NCBI GenBank assembly: GCA_964016885.1
Contig: OZ024745.1
Coordinates: 9,238,001 to 9,302,000, forward strand
DNA length: 64,000 bases
Source: Eledone cirrhosa
Lineage: Eukaryota
Direction: 5' to 3'
Made by a program: the position numbers and the translations under genes. Shown in pieces: positions 43,191 to 58,200 of this stretch (position 1 is its first letter; every line of letters begins with the position of its first letter). Under the pieces are notes generated by a model. The model had not been told where the DNA came from. It saw only the letters and a list, made by a program, of their open reading frames with translations, and did not search any database.

Positions 43191-43867
43191 GGTAAAAGAA
43201 TAATGATGTGATTAATAAATTAGCAGATATTTTTTTTAAGAACTTGCCTCTACTAAATAATGAAAACAAAATAAGCTATTGTGGAGAGTTGCACACTTCA
43301 AGGTTGTACAATCATCAATTTAGTTGTTAGTGATCAAACGAATTTAAGACCATCAGGTTAGTTAATATAATAGGTCACTGTAAGTAGATAAATTCTATTG
43401 CTTAAGTAACTTAATTTAGTATTGTTAATGGAGTTATTGATTTATTTAGTGTTCAGGGTTTAGAATAGAGTGAAGAGGAACTACTGTTAATACTTAACAG
43501 ATATTCCGTTTTGTTTCAATAACAATGAAACGATGAGCTTTGAGGAGGACATAATGGCTTGAAGAGAAATTGGTGCAATATAATTTGTTGAATGTGAAGT
43601 AAATTGTAAGTAAGATGAAATAAGAATTGATTGGTTTATAGCAGATAACTCTGCTGTTATGGATAGATATTACTTGACTGATTTACTACAAGAACATAGT
43701 ATGAAGCCAGGATGAATTAATTTGATCTAATGGATGAGATGATAAGAAAAATGTTAGGTAGACTATTAAGTTGATCTATTTTATGACTGTTAATTTTGCT
43801 AAAAACTGATGATGTCTTCTACTCTTCTTACACTATCGACTTACTCAACTATTAGTTGTTATTTATG

Positions 43868-44210
43868 GTCTAAGTTCAAGCTCCGTTGATGTTAGCTTTG
43901 CCTTTCATCGTTATAGGGATGGTAAAATAATTGTTTCTACTTTTGGCACAAAGCCAGCAATTATCCCAGTTCATTACTGGTACTTTATTTTATCGATCTC
44001 GTAAGGATGAAAGGCAAAGTTAACCTCGGCGGGATTTGAACTCAGACCATAAAGGGGCATAACTCTATGGTGCAAAGCATGGCATCCGACCTTCTACTGA
44101 TACTGCCAATCCCCCGATAAAATAATGTGCCAGTAATACACTGGGGTTAATTTAATCAACTTTTCTCCTCACCCAAAATTGTTTGCCTTGTGCCTAAATC
44201 AGAAACCATT
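43868..44210. mobile_element. Young minus-strand SINE (43928-44110) nested in an older plus-strand SINE
   Basis: The host core is interrupted at ...GGTAAAATAA and resumes at CGATAAAATAATGTGCCAG. Confidence 0.8.
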
Positions 44211-44244
44211 TTTTAAAAAAATTTCTATCTACTATCCAAAAATA

Positions 44245-44538
44245 ATCTTGTTTCCTATTTCTACACAGTGTGATCTATCTTGTTTATTTCTACACAGTGT
44301 GATCCATCTTGTTTCCTATTTCTACACAGTGTGATCTATCTTGTTTCCTATTTCTACACAGTGTGATCTATCTTGTTTATTTCTACACAGTGTGATCTAT
44401 CTTGTTTATTTTTACACAGTGTGATCTATCTTGTTTATTTCTACACAGTGTGATCTATCTTGTTTATTTCTACAGTATGATCTATTTATACACACTGTAA
44501 TCTATCTTGTTTCCTAATTCTTCACAGTGTGATCTATC
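44245..44538. repeat. 29/32-bp minisatellite
   Basis: Unit TTTCTACACAGTGTGATCTATCTTGTTT(CCT)A, about 9-10 copies. Confidence 0.93.
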
Positions 44539-46232
44539 GTTGATCAATTTTAGAATAAGTACATTCTATTGTCAATCTGCCTTCCATTTAAAGTTTCATG
44601 TAATTAAGCTTAAAATAGCATTATTCCCTGAACTAGCATGAGATGAATATTGATGAAAACAATTACATTTTCATATTGCTAACTCTCAGTAAATTAATTT
44701 TTATTTATACAATTTAACATTTTCAATAGATAAGTGGCAATATTTTTGTTATTAAAGCTACCTCCTAACATTTAAGTACTCTATATATTACACCAGGTTT
44801 AAACATACCCTCAGAAATGCCATATGTCAATTTGGTACCCCTATCACTCCCTTGGAATTATGGGTCCATATCACATCATGTATTATGTGACATAAAAGTT
44901 ATTTATTATAATTTTTATGACTGTGAAGTTAGATATCAGAATGGCCCTCACAAATCATATGACAGGATAGAGGAATGTTGATATCTCATTGTGGAAACCC
45001 ATCTAACCTATGCCAGAATTGGTAATGAATGGTAAACAACAATAGTATTTTTATGACTCTTATGTCATGGTACTACTTAACTAAAAAATGTTGACCTATA
45101 TTGTAAGTGTTGTTCTCTCATGTTGCCAAGCAATTAATAGAATGAAAGATTTTATATAACAGTTATCATCATCATTGTTTGATGTTAACTTTCCCTGCTA
45201 ACATTAATAAGGGGTCAGTGATATTATTGTGTATTGAATTGTTGGTATACTTTTCAAAATGATATGGAAAAAAGTTAATGTGTGGGGTAGAATCTTTCTC
45301 GAAGCAACTGCAAACAATGACAAAATACATAGTATTACAATATAAACATTATAATCATGTTATAAAAATCTGATTCAGTGTTGCATTAAATATTTGAATC
45401 ATCAGATCTGTATTAAAACAAAAAAAGGTAACAAATGTAAAATTGTGTTTCAACATATTAACTTAAAATATCTGAAAATTGACAAAAACGCCATTTATAT
45501 TAAAAATGGATTCCAGAAAAAGAAAGAAAGCATAAGATGAACTTTAAAAGGATGTATAATTTTATTCTTTAAATTTATTCTTTAAAAAATGTGGAAACAA
45601 ATAAAAACAAAACCAGCAATAGTTTCTGGACAAGCTAACATGTTTGTTCCATGGGGCCCCTACAATTAAAACTCCCATAACATGGAGCTTCATAGAGGCC
45701 AGCTAAACCTGCAAGATATGAGCTATAACAAAACATTTCATTTTATATTCAGTATAAAATTGGCTTCAGAATTTGTTTGCTACTTGATGAGTATATTACT
45801 AAATGACTGTAATTTCTTAAACTTAGTAAAAGCAATCAGATCGTAAATTCTCACCTCATAGCCCATGAAATAGTCATTCTTTGGATTACAGCAATTTGGT
45901 TAGCTACTAAAATAATAGTTTAATCACCTATAATTTCTAAATGATAGATTGTAGTTACTCTAAAGACACTTATTAAAGTAATTTTATTGTAACCAACATC
46001 TATCTAGATTACATTCTAAAATTTTAATCCAACACTCACAGTTCTAAAATGTTCTTTAATAGTATGTTGTAGAATTGTTTTTCTTATCTGTGCTGCCTTA
46101 TATGCAATATATGGTTAGGTTAATATAAACTTTTAAATACCTATATCTCTGACTTATAAGATTTAATCATGCTATCTTTAGGTTAAATTTAGTACCCTCT
46201 TTAATGCCAATACCCAACATATATACATATGT

Positions 46233-49200
46233 AGGAGGCTACAGCAATGGGATGTGGTTTATTAGGAGGCTACAGTAATGGGATGTGGTTTATTAGGAGG
46301 CTACAGTAATGGGATTTGGTTTATTAGGAGGCTACAGTAATGGGATGTGGTTTATTAGGAGGCTACAGTAATGGGATGTGGTTTATTAGGAGGCTACAGT
46401 AATGTGATGTGGTTTATTAGGAGGCTACAGTAATGTGATGTGGTTTATTAGGAGGCTACAGCAATGGGATGTGGTTTATTAGGAGGCTACAGTAATGGGA
46501 TGTGGTTTATTAGGAGGCTACAGTAATGGGATGTGGTTTATTAGGAGGCTACAGTAATGGGATGTGGTTTATTAGGAGGCTACAGTAATGGGATGTGGTT
46601 TATTAGGAGGCTACAGCAATGGGATGTGGTTTATTAGGAGGCTACAGTAATGGGATGTGGTTTATTAGGAGGCTACAGTAATGGGATGTGGTTTATTAAG
46701 AGGCTACAGCAATGGGATGTGGTTTATTAGGAGGCTTCAGCAATGGGATGTGGTTTATTAGGAGGCTACAGTAATGGGATGTGGTTTATTAGGAGGCTAC
46801 AGTAATGGGATGTGGTTTATTAGGAGGCTACAGTAATGGGATGTGGTTTATTAGGAGGCTACAGTAATGGGATGTGGTTTATTAAGAGGCTACAGTAATG
46901 GGATGTGGTTTATTAGGAGGCTACAGCAATGGGATGTGGTTTATTAGGAGGCTACAGTAATGGGATGTGGTTTATTAAGAGGCTACATCAATGGGATGTG
47001 GTTTATTAAGAGGCTACAGCAATGGGATGTGGTTTATTAGGAGGCTACAGCAATGGGATGTGGTTTATTAGGAGGCTACAGTAATGGGATGTGGTTTATT
47101 AAGAGGCTACTGCAATGGGATGTGGTTTATTAGGAGGCTACAGTAATGGGATGTGGTTTATTAAGAGGCTACAGCAATGGGATGTGGTTTATTAAGAGGC
47201 TACAGCAATGGGATGTGGTTTATTAGGAGGCTACAGCAATGGGATGTGGTTTATTAGGAGGCTACAGTAATGGGATGTGGTTTATTATGAGGCAACAGTA
47301 ATGTGATGTGGTTTATTAGGAGGCTACAGTAATGGGATGTGGTTTATTAGGAGGCTACAGTAATGGGATGTGGTTTATTAGGAGGCTACAGTAATGTGAT
47401 GTGGTTTATTAGGAGGCTACAGTAATGGGATGTGGTTTATTAGGAGGCTACAGTAATGGGATGTGGTTTATTAAGAGGCTACAGCAATGGGATGTGGTTT
47501 ATTAGGAGGCTACAGCAATGGGATGTGGTTTATTAGGAGGCTACAGCAATAGGATGTGGCTTATTAGGAGGCTACAGTAATGGGATGTGGTTTATTAGGA
47601 GGCTACAGTAATGGGATGTGGTTTATTAAGAGGCTACAGTAATGGGATGTGGTTTATTAAGAGGCTACAGCAATGGGATGTGGTTTATTAAGAGGCTACA
47701 GCAATGGGATGTGGTTTATTAAGAGGCTACAGCAATGGGATGTGGTTTATTAGGAGGCTACAGTAATGGGATGTGGTTTATTAGGAGGCTACAGCAATGG
47801 GATGTGGTTTATTAGGAGGCTACAGCAATGGGATGTGGTTTATTAGGAGGCTACAGCAATGGGATGTGGTTTTTTCGGAGGCTACAGTAATGGGATGTGG
47901 TTTATTAGGAGGCTACAGTAATGGGATGTGGTTTATTAGGAGGCTACAGTAATGGGATGTGGTTTATTAGGAGGCTACAGCAATGGGATGTGGTTTATTA
48001 GGAGGCTACAGCAATGGGATGTGGTTTATTAGGAGGCTACAGCAATGGGATGTGGTTTATTAGGAGGCTACAGCAATGGGATGTGGTTTTTTTCGGAGGC
48101 TACAGTAATGGGATGTGGTTTATTAGGAGGCTACAGTAATGGGATGTGGTTTATTAGGAGGCTACAGTAATGGGATGTGGTTTATTAAGAGGCTACAGCA
48201 ATGGGATGTGGTTTATTAGGAGGCTTCAGCAATGGGATGTGGTTTATTAGGAGGCTACAGTAATGGGATGTGGTTTATTAGGAGGCTACAGTAATGGGAT
48301 GTGGTTTATTAGGAGGCTACAGTAATGGGATGTGGTTTATTAGGAGGCTACAGTAATGGGATGTGGTTTATTAAGAGGCTACAGTAATGGGATGTGGTTT
48401 ATTAGGAGGCTACAGCAATGGGATGTGGTTTATTAGGAGGCTACAGTAATGGGATGTGGTTTATTAAGAGGCTACAGCAATGGGATGTGGTTTATTAAGA
48501 GGCTACAGCAATGGGATGTGGTTTATTAGGAGGCTACAGCAATGGGATGTGGTTTATTAGGAGGCTACAGTAATGGGATGTGATTTATTAGGAGGCTACA
48601 GCAATGGGATGTGGTTTATTAGGAGGCTACAGTAATGGGATGTGGTTTATTAGGAGGCTACAGTAATGTGATGTGGTTTATTAGGAGGCTACAGTAATGG
48701 GATGTGGTTTATTAGGAGGCTACAGTAATGGGATGTGGTTTATTAAGAGGCTACAGCAATGGGATGTGGTTTATTAGGAGGCTACAGCAATGCGATGTGG
48801 TTTATTAGGAGGCTACAGTAATGTGATGTGGTTTATTAGGAGGCTACAGCAATGGGATGTGGTTTATTAAGAGGCTACAGCAATGGGATGTGGTTTATTA
48901 AGAGGCTACAGCAATGGGATGTGGTTTATTAGGAGGCTACAGTAATGTGATGTGGTTTATTAGGAGGCTACAGTAATGGGATGTGGTTTATTAGGAGGCT
49001 ACAGTAATGGGATGTGGTTTATTAGGAGGCTACAGTAATGGGATGTGGTTTATTAGGAGGCTACAGTAATGGGATGTGGTTTATTAGGAGGCTACAGTAA
49101 TGGGATGTGGTTTATTAGGAGGCTACAGTAATGTGATGTGGTTTATTAGGAGGCTACAGTAATGTGATGTGGTTTATTAGGAGGCTACAGTAATGTGATG

Positions 49201-52200
49201 TGGTTTATTAGGAGGCTACAGCAATGGGATGTGGTTTATTAGGAGGCTACAGTAATGGGATGTGGTTTATTAGGAGGCTACAGTAATGGGATGTGGTTTA
49301 TTAGGAGGCTACAGTAATGTGATGTGGTTTATTAGGAGGCTACAGTAATGTGATGTGGTTTATTAGGAGGCTACAGTAATGGGACGTGGTTTATTAGGAG
49401 GCTACAGTAATGGGATGTGGTTTATTAGGAGGCTACAGTAATGGGATGTGGTTTATTAGGAGGCTACAGTAATGGGATGTGGTTTATTAAGAGGCTACTG
49501 CAATGGGATGTGGTTTATTAGGAGGCTACAGTAATGGGATGTGGTTTATTAAGAGGCTACAGCAATGGGATGTGGTTTATTAAGAGGCTACAGCAATGGG
49601 ATGTAGTTTATTAGGAGGCTACAGCAATGGGATGTGGTTTATTAGGAGGCTACAGTAATGGGATGTGGTTTATTAGGAGGCAACAGTAATGGGATGTGGT
49701 TTATTAGGAGGCTACAGTAATGGGATGTGGTTTATTAGGAGGCTACAGTAATGGGATGTGGTTTATTAGGAGGCTACAGTAATGTGATGTGGTTTATTAG
49801 GAGGCTACAGTAATGTGATGTGGTTTATTAGGAGGCTACAGTAATGTGATGTGGTTTATTAGGAGGCTACAGCAATGGGATGTGGTTTATTAGGAGGCTA
49901 CAGTAATGGGATGTGGTTTATTAGGAGGCTACAGTAATGGGATGTGGTTTATTAGGAGGCTACAGTAATGTGATGTGGTTTATTAGGAGGCTACAGTAAT
50001 GTGATGTGGTTTATTAGGAGGCTACAGTAATGGGACGTGGTTTATTAGGAGGCTACAGTAATGGGATGTGGTTTATTAGGAGGCTACAGTAATGGGATGT
50101 GGTTTATTAGGAGGCTACAGTAATGGGATGTGGTTTATTAAGAGGCTACTGCAATGGGATGTGGTTTATTAGGAGGCTACAGTAATGGGATGTGGTTTAT
50201 TAAGAGGCTACAGCAATGGGATGTGGTTTATTAAGAGGCTACAGCAATGGGATGTGGTTTATTAGGAGGCTACAGCAATGGGATGTGGTTTATTAGGAGG
50301 CTACAGCAATGGGATGTGGTTTATTAGGAGGCAACAGTAATGGGATGTGGTTTATTAGGAGGCTACAGTAATGGGATGTGGTTTATTAGGAGGCTACAGT
50401 AATGGGATGTGGTTTATTAGGAGGCTACAGTAATGTGATGTGGTTTATTAGGAGGCTACAGTAATGGGATGTGGTTTATTAGGAGGCTACAGTAATGGGA
50501 TGTGGTTTATTAAGAGGCTACAGCAATGGGATGTGGTTTATTAGGAGGCTACAGCAATGGGATGTGGTTTATTAGGAGGCTACAGCAATGGGATGTGGCT
50601 TATTAGGAGGCTACAGTAATGGGATGTGGTTTATTAGGAGGCTACAGTAATGGGATGTGGTTTATTAAGAGGCTACAGTAATGGGATGTGGTTTATTAGG
50701 AGGCTACAGTAATGGGATGTGGTTTATTAAGAGGCTACTGCAATGGGATGTGGTTTATTAGGAGGCTACAGTAATGGGATGTGGTTTATTAAGAGGCTAC
50801 AGCAATGGGATGTGGTTTATTAAGAGGCTACAGCAATGGGATGTGGTTTATTAGGAGGCTACAGCAATGGGATGTGGTTTATTAGGAGGCTACAGTAATG
50901 GGATGTGGTTTATTAGGAGGCAACAGTAATGGGATGTGGTTTATTAGGAGGCTACAGTAATGGGATGTGGTTTATTAGGAGGCTACAGTAATGGGATGTG
51001 GTTTATTAGGAGGCTACAGTAATGTGATGTGGTTTATTAGGAGGCTACAGTAATGGGATGTGGTTTATTAGGAGGCTACAGTAATGGGATGTGGTTTATT
51101 AAGAGGCTACAGCAATGGGATGTGGTTTATTAGGAGGCTACAGCAATGGGATGTGGTTTATTAGGAGGCTACAGCAATGGGATGTGGCTTATTAGGAGGC
51201 TACAGTAATGGGATGTGGTTTATTTGGAGGCTACAGTAATGGGATGTGGTTTATTAAGAGGCTACAGTAATGGGATGTGGTTTATTAAGAGGCTACAGCA
51301 ATGGGATGTGGTTTATTAAGAGGCTACAGCAATGGGATGTGGTTTATTAAGAGGCTACAGCAATGGGATGTGGTTTATTAGGAGGCTACAGTAATGGGAT
51401 GTGGTTTATTAGGAGGCTACAGCAATGGGATGTGGTTTATTAGGAGGCTACAGCAATGGGATGTGGTTTATTAGGAGGCTACAGCAATGGGATGTGGTTT
51501 ATTAGGAGGCTACAGTAATGGGATGTGGTTTATTAGGAGGCTACAGTAATGGGATGTGGTTTATTAGGAGGCTACAGTAATGGGATGTGGTTTATTAGGA
51601 GGCAACAGTAATGGGATGTGGTTTATTAGGAGGCTACAGTAATGGGATGTGGTTTATTAGGAGGCTACAGTAATGGGATGTGGTTTATTAGGAGGCTACA
51701 GTAATGTGATGTGGTTTATTAGGAGGCTACAGTAATGGGATGTGGTTTATTAGGAGGCTACAGTAATGGGATGTGGTTTATTAGGAGGCTACAGTAATGG
51801 GATGTGGTTTATTAGGAGGCTACAGTAATGGGATGTGGTTTATTAGGAGGCTACAGTAATGGGATGTGGTTTATTAGGAGGCTACAGTAATGTGATGTGG
51901 TTTATTAGGAGGCTACAGTAATGTGATGTGGTTTATTAGGAGGCTACAGCAATGGGATGTGGTTTATTAGGAGGCTACAGTAATGGGATGTGGTTTATTA
52001 GGAGGCTACAGTAATGGGATGTGGTTTATTAGGAGGCTACAGTAATGGGATGTGGTTTATTAGGAGGCTACAGTAATGGGATGTGGTTTATTAGGAGGCT
52101 ACAGTAATGGGATGTGGTTTATTAGGAGGCTACAGTAATGGGATGTGGTTTATTAAGAGGCTACTGCAATGGGATGTGGTTTATTAGGAGGCTACAGTAA

Positions 52201-55200
52201 TGGGATGTGGTTTATTAAGAGGCTACAGCAATGGGATGTGGTTTATTAAGAGGCTACAGCAATGGGATGTGGTTTATTAGGAGGCTACAGCAATGGGATG
52301 TGGTTTATTAGGAGGCTACAGTAATGGGATGTGGTTTATTAGGAGGCTACAGTAATGGGATGTGGTTTATTAGGAGGCTACAGTAATGTGATGTGGTTTA
52401 TTAGGAGGCTACAGTAATGGGATGTGGTTTATTAGGAGGCTACAGTAATGGGATGTGGTTTATTAAGAGGCTACAGCAATGGGATGTGGTTTATTAGGAG
52501 GCTACAGCAATGGGATGTGGTTTATTAGGAGGCTACAGCAATGGGATGTGGCTTATTAGGAGGCTACAGTAATGGGATGTGGTTTATTAGGAGGCTACAG
52601 TAATGGGATGTGGTTTATTAGGAGGCTACAGTAATGGGATGTGGTTTATTAGGAGGCTACAGTAATGGGATGTGGTTTATTAGGAGGCTACAGTAATGGG
52701 ATGTGGTTTATTAAGAGGCTACTGCAATGGGATGTGGTTTATTAGGAGGCTACAGTAATGGGATGTGGTTTATTAAGAGGCTACAGCAATGGGATGTGGT
52801 TTATTAAGAGGCTACAGCAATGGGATGTGGTTTATTAGGAGGCTACAGCAATGGGATGTGGTTTATTAGGAGGCTACAGTAATGGGATGTGGTTTATTAG
52901 GAGGCAACAGTAATGGGATGTGGTTTATTAGGAGGCTACAGTAATGGGATGTGGTTTATTAGGAGGCTACAGTAATGGGATGTGGTTTATTAGGAGGCTA
53001 CAGTAATGTGATGTGGTTTATTAGGAGGCTACAGTAATGGGATGTGGTTTATTAGGAGGCTACAGTAATGGGATGTGGTTTATTAAGAGGCTACAGCAAT
53101 GGGATGTGGTTTATTAGGAGGCTACAGCAATGGGATGTGGTTTATTAGGAGGCTACAGCAATGGGATGTGGCTTATTAGGAGGCTACAGTAATGGGATGT
53201 GGTTTATTAGGAGGCTACAGTAATGGGATGTGGTTTATTAAGAGGCTACAGTAATGGGATGTGGTTTATTAGGAGGCTACAGTAATGGGATGTGGTTTAT
53301 TAAGAGGCTACTGCAATGGGATGTGGTTTATTAGGAGGCTACAGTAATGGGATGTGGTTTATTAAGATGCTACAGCAATGGGATGTGGTTTATTAAGAGG
53401 CTACAGCAATGGGATGTGGTTTATTAGGAGGCTACAGCAATGGGATGTGGTTTATTAGGAGGCTACAGTAATGGGATGTGGTTTATTAGGAGGCAACAGT
53501 AATGGGATGTGGTTTATTAGGAGGCTACAGCAATGGGATGTGGTTTATTAGGAGGCTACAGTAATGGGATGTGGTTTATTAGGAGGCAACAGTAATGGGA
53601 TGTGGTTTATTAGGAGGCTACAGTAATGGGATGTGGTTTATTAGGAGGCTACAGTAATGGGATGTGGTTTATTAAGAGGCTACAGCAATGGGATGTGGTT
53701 TATTAGGAGGCTACAGCAATGGGATGTGGTTTATTAGGAGGCTACAGCAATGGGATGTGGCTTATTAGGAGGCTACAGTAATGGGATGTGGTTTATTAGG
53801 AGGCTACAGTAATGGGATGTGGTTTATTAAGAGGCTACAGTAATGGGATGTGGTTTATTAGGAGGCTACAGTAATGGGATGTGGTTTATTAGGAGGCTAC
53901 AGTAATGGGATGTGGTTTATTAGGAGGCTACAGTAATGGGATGTGGTTTATTAGGAGGCTACAGTAATGGGATGTGGTTTATTAGGAGGCTACAGTAATG
54001 GGATGTGGTTTATTAGGAGGCTACAGTAATGGGATGTGGTTTATTAGGAGGCTACAGTAATGTGATGTGGTTTATTAGGAGGCTACAGTAATGTGATGTG
54101 GTTTATTAGGAGGCTACAGCAATGGGATGTGGTTTATTAGGAGGCTACAGTAATGGGATGTGGTTTATTAGGAGGCTACAGTAATGGGATGTGGTTTATT
54201 AGGAGGCTACAGTAATGGGATGTGGTTTATTAGGAGGCTACAGTAATGGGATGTGGTTTATTACGAGGCTACAGTAATGGGATGTGGTTTATTAAGAGGC
54301 TACTGCAATGGGATGTGGTTTATTAGGAGGCTACAGTAATGGGATGTGGTTTATTAAGAGGCTACAGCAATGGGATGTGGTTTATTAAGAGGCTACAGCA
54401 ATGGGATGTGGTTTATTAGGAGGCTACAGCAATGGGATGTGGTTTATTAGGAGGCTACAGTAATGGGATGTGGTTTATTAGGAGGCAAAAGTAATGGGAT
54501 GTGGTTTATTAGGAGGCTACAGTAATGGGATGTGGTTTATTAGGAGGCTACAGTAATGGGATGTGGTTTATTAGGAGGCTACAATAATGTGATGTGGTTT
54601 ATTAGGAGGCTACAGTAATGGGATGTGGTTTATTAGGAGGCTACAGTAATGGGATGTGGTTTATTAAGAGGCTACAGCAATGGGATGTGGTTTATTAGGA
54701 GGCTACAGCAATGGGATGTGGTTTATTAGGAGGCTACAGCAATGGGATGTGGCTTATTAGGAGGCTACAGTAATGGGATGTGGTTTATTAGGAGGCTACA
54801 GTAATGGGATGTGGTTTATTAGGAGGCTACAGTAATGGGATGTGGTTTATTAGGAGGCTACAGTAATGTGATGTGGTTTATTAGGAGGCTACAGTAATGG
54901 GATGTGGTTTATTAGGAGGCTACAGTAATGGGATGTGGTTTATTAAGGGGCTACAGCAATGGGATGTGGTTTATTAGGAGGCTACAGCAATGGGATGTGG
55001 TTTATTAGGAGGCTACAGCAATGGGATGTGGCTTATTAGGAGGCTACAGTAATGGGATGTGGTTTATTAGGAGGCTACAGTAATGGGATGTGGTTTATTA
55101 AGAGGCTACAGTAATGGGATGTGGTTTATTAAGAGGCTACAGCAATGGGATGTGGTTTATTAAGAGGCTACAGCAATGGGATGTGGTTTATTAAGAGGCT

Positions 55201-58200
55201 ACAGCAATGGGATGTGGTTTATTAGGAGGCTACAGTAATGGGATGTGGTTTATTAGGAGGCTACAGCAATGGGATGTGGTTTATTAGGAGGCTACAGCAA
55301 TGGGATGTGGTTTATTAGGAGGCTACAGCAATGGGATGTGGTTTATTAGGAGGCTACAGCAATGGGATGTGGTTTATTAGGAGGCTACAGTAATGGGATG
55401 TGGTTTATTAGGAGGCTACAGTAATGGGATGTGGTTTATTAGGAGGCTACAGTAATGTGATGTGGTTTATTAGGAGGCTACAGTAATGTGATGTGGTTTA
55501 TTAGGAGGCTACAGCAATGGGATGTGGTTTATTAGGAGGCTACAGTAATGGGATGTGGTTTATTAGGAGGCTACAGTAATGGGATGTGGTTTATTAGGAG
55601 GCTACAGTAATGGGATGTGGTTTATTAGGAGGCTACAGTAATGGGATGTGGTTTATTAGGAGGCTACAGTAATGGGATGTGGTTTATTAGGAGGCTACAG
55701 TAATGGGATGTGGTTTATTAAGAGGCTACTGCAATGGGATGTGGTTTATTAGGAGGCTACAGTAATGGGATGTGGTTTATTAAGAGGCTACAGCAATGGG
55801 ATGTGGTTTATTAAGAGGCTACAGCAATGGGATGTGGTTTATTAGGAGGCTACAGCAATGGGATGTGGTTTATTAGGAGGCTACAGTAATGGGATGTGGT
55901 TTATTAGGAGGCAACAGTAATGGGATGTGGTTTATTAGGAGGCTACAGTAATGGGATGTGGTTTATTAGGAGGCTACAGTAATGGGATGTGGTTTATTAC
56001 GAGGCTACAGTAATGTGATGTGGTTTATTAGGAGGCTACAGTAATGGGATGTGGTTTATTAGGAGGCTACAGTAATGGGATGTGGTTTATTAAGAGGCTA
56101 CAGCAATGGGATGTGGTTTATTAGGAGGCTACAGCAATGGGATGTGGTTTATTAGGAGGCTACAGCAATGGGATGTGGCTTATTAGGAGGCTACAGTAAT
56201 GGGATGTGGTTTATTAGGAGGCTACAGTAATGGGATGTGGTTTATTAGGAGGCTACAGTAATGGGATGTGGTTTATTAGGAGGCTACAGTAATGTGATGT
56301 GGTTTATTAGGAGGCTACAGTAATGGGATGTGGTTTATTAGGAGGCTACAGTAATGGGATGTGGTTTATTAAGAGGCTACAGCAATGGGATGTGGTTTAT
56401 TAGGAGGCTACAGCAATGGGATGTGGTTTATTAGGAGGCTACAGCAATGGGATGTGGTTTATTAAGAGGCTACAGCAATGGGATGTGGTTTATTAGGAGG
56501 CTACAGTAATGGGATGTGGTTTATTAGGAGGCTACAGCAATGGGATGTGGTTTATTAGGAGGCTACAGCAATGGGATGTGGTTTATTAGGAGGCTACAGC
56601 AATGGGATGTGGTTTATTAGGAGGCTACAGTAATGGGATGTGGTTTATTAGGAGGCTACAGTAATGGGATGTGGTTTATTAGGAGGCTACAGTAATGGGA
56701 TGTGGTTTATTAGGAGGCTACAGTAATGGGATGTGGTTTATTAGGAGGCTACAGTAATGGGATGTGGTTTATTAGGAGGCTACAGTAATGGGATGTGGTT
56801 TATTAGGAGGCTACAGTAATGGGATGTGGTTTATTAGGAGGCTACAGTAATGGGATGTGGTTTATTAAGAGGCTACTGCAATGGGATGTGGTTTATTAGG
56901 AGGCTACAGTAATGGGATGTGGTTTATTAAGAGGCTACAGCAATGGGATGTGGTTTATTAAGAGGCTACAGCAATGGGATGTGGTTTATTAGGAGGCTAC
57001 AGCAATGGGATGTGGTTTATTAGGAGGCTACAGTAATGGGATGTGGTTTATTAGGAGGCAACAGTAATGGGATGTGGTTTATTAGGAGGCTACAGTAATG
57101 GGATGTGGTTTATTAGGAGGCTACAGTAATGGGATGTGGTTTATTAGGAGGCTACAGTAATGTGATGTGGTTTATTAGGAGGCTACAGTAATGGGATGTG
57201 GTTTATTAGGAGGCTACAGTAATGGGATGTGGTTTATTAAGAGGCTACAGCAATGGGATGTGGTTTATTAGGAGGCTACAGCAATGGGATGTGGTTTATT
57301 AGGAGGCTACAGCAATGGGATGTGGCTTATTAGGAGGCTACAGTAATGGGATGTGGTTTATTAGGAGGCTACAGTAATGGGATGTGGTTTATTAGGAGGC
57401 TACAGTAATGGGATGTGGTTTATTAGGAGGCTACAGTAATGGGATGTGGTTTATTAGGAGGCTACAGTAATGGGATGTGGTTTATTAAGAGGCTACTGCA
57501 ATGGGATGTGGTTTATTAGGAGGCTACAGTAATGGGATGTGGTTTATTAAGAGGCTACAGCAATGGGATGTGGTTTATTAGGAGGCTACAGCAATGGGAT
57601 GTGGTTTATTAGGAGGCTACAGCAATGGGATGTGGTTTATTAGGAGGCTACAGTAATGGGATGTGGTTTATTAGGAGGCAACAGTAATGGGATGTGGTTT
57701 ATTAGGAGGCTACAGTAATGGGATGTGGTTTATTAGGAGGCTACAGTAATGGGATGTGGTTTATTAGGAGGCTACAGTAATGTGATGTGGTTTATTAGGA
57801 GGCTACAGTAATGGGATGTGGTTTATTAGGAGGCTACAGTAATGGGATGTGGTTTATTAAGAGGCTACAGCAATGGGATGTGGTTTATTAGGAGGCTACA
57901 GCAATGGGATGTGGTTTATTAGGAGGCTACAGCAATGGGATGTGGCTTATTAGGAGGCTACAGTAATGGGATGTGGTTTATTAGGAGGCTACAGTAATGG
58001 GATGTGGTTTATTAAGAGGCTACAGTAATGGGATGTGGTTTATTAGGAGGCTACAGTAATGGGATGTGGTTTATTAAGAGGCTACTGCAATGGGATGTGG
58101 TTTATTAGGAGGCTACAGTAACGGGATGTGGTTTATTAAGAGGCTACAGCAATGGGATGTGGTTTATTAAGAGGCTACAGCAATGGGATGTGGTTTATTA

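Noticed and set aside
43501-43605. Possible internal exon (TTAACAG ... GTAAGT)
   Set aside because: Weak polypyrimidine tract and no supporting ORF; such signals arise by chance in AT-rich DNA.
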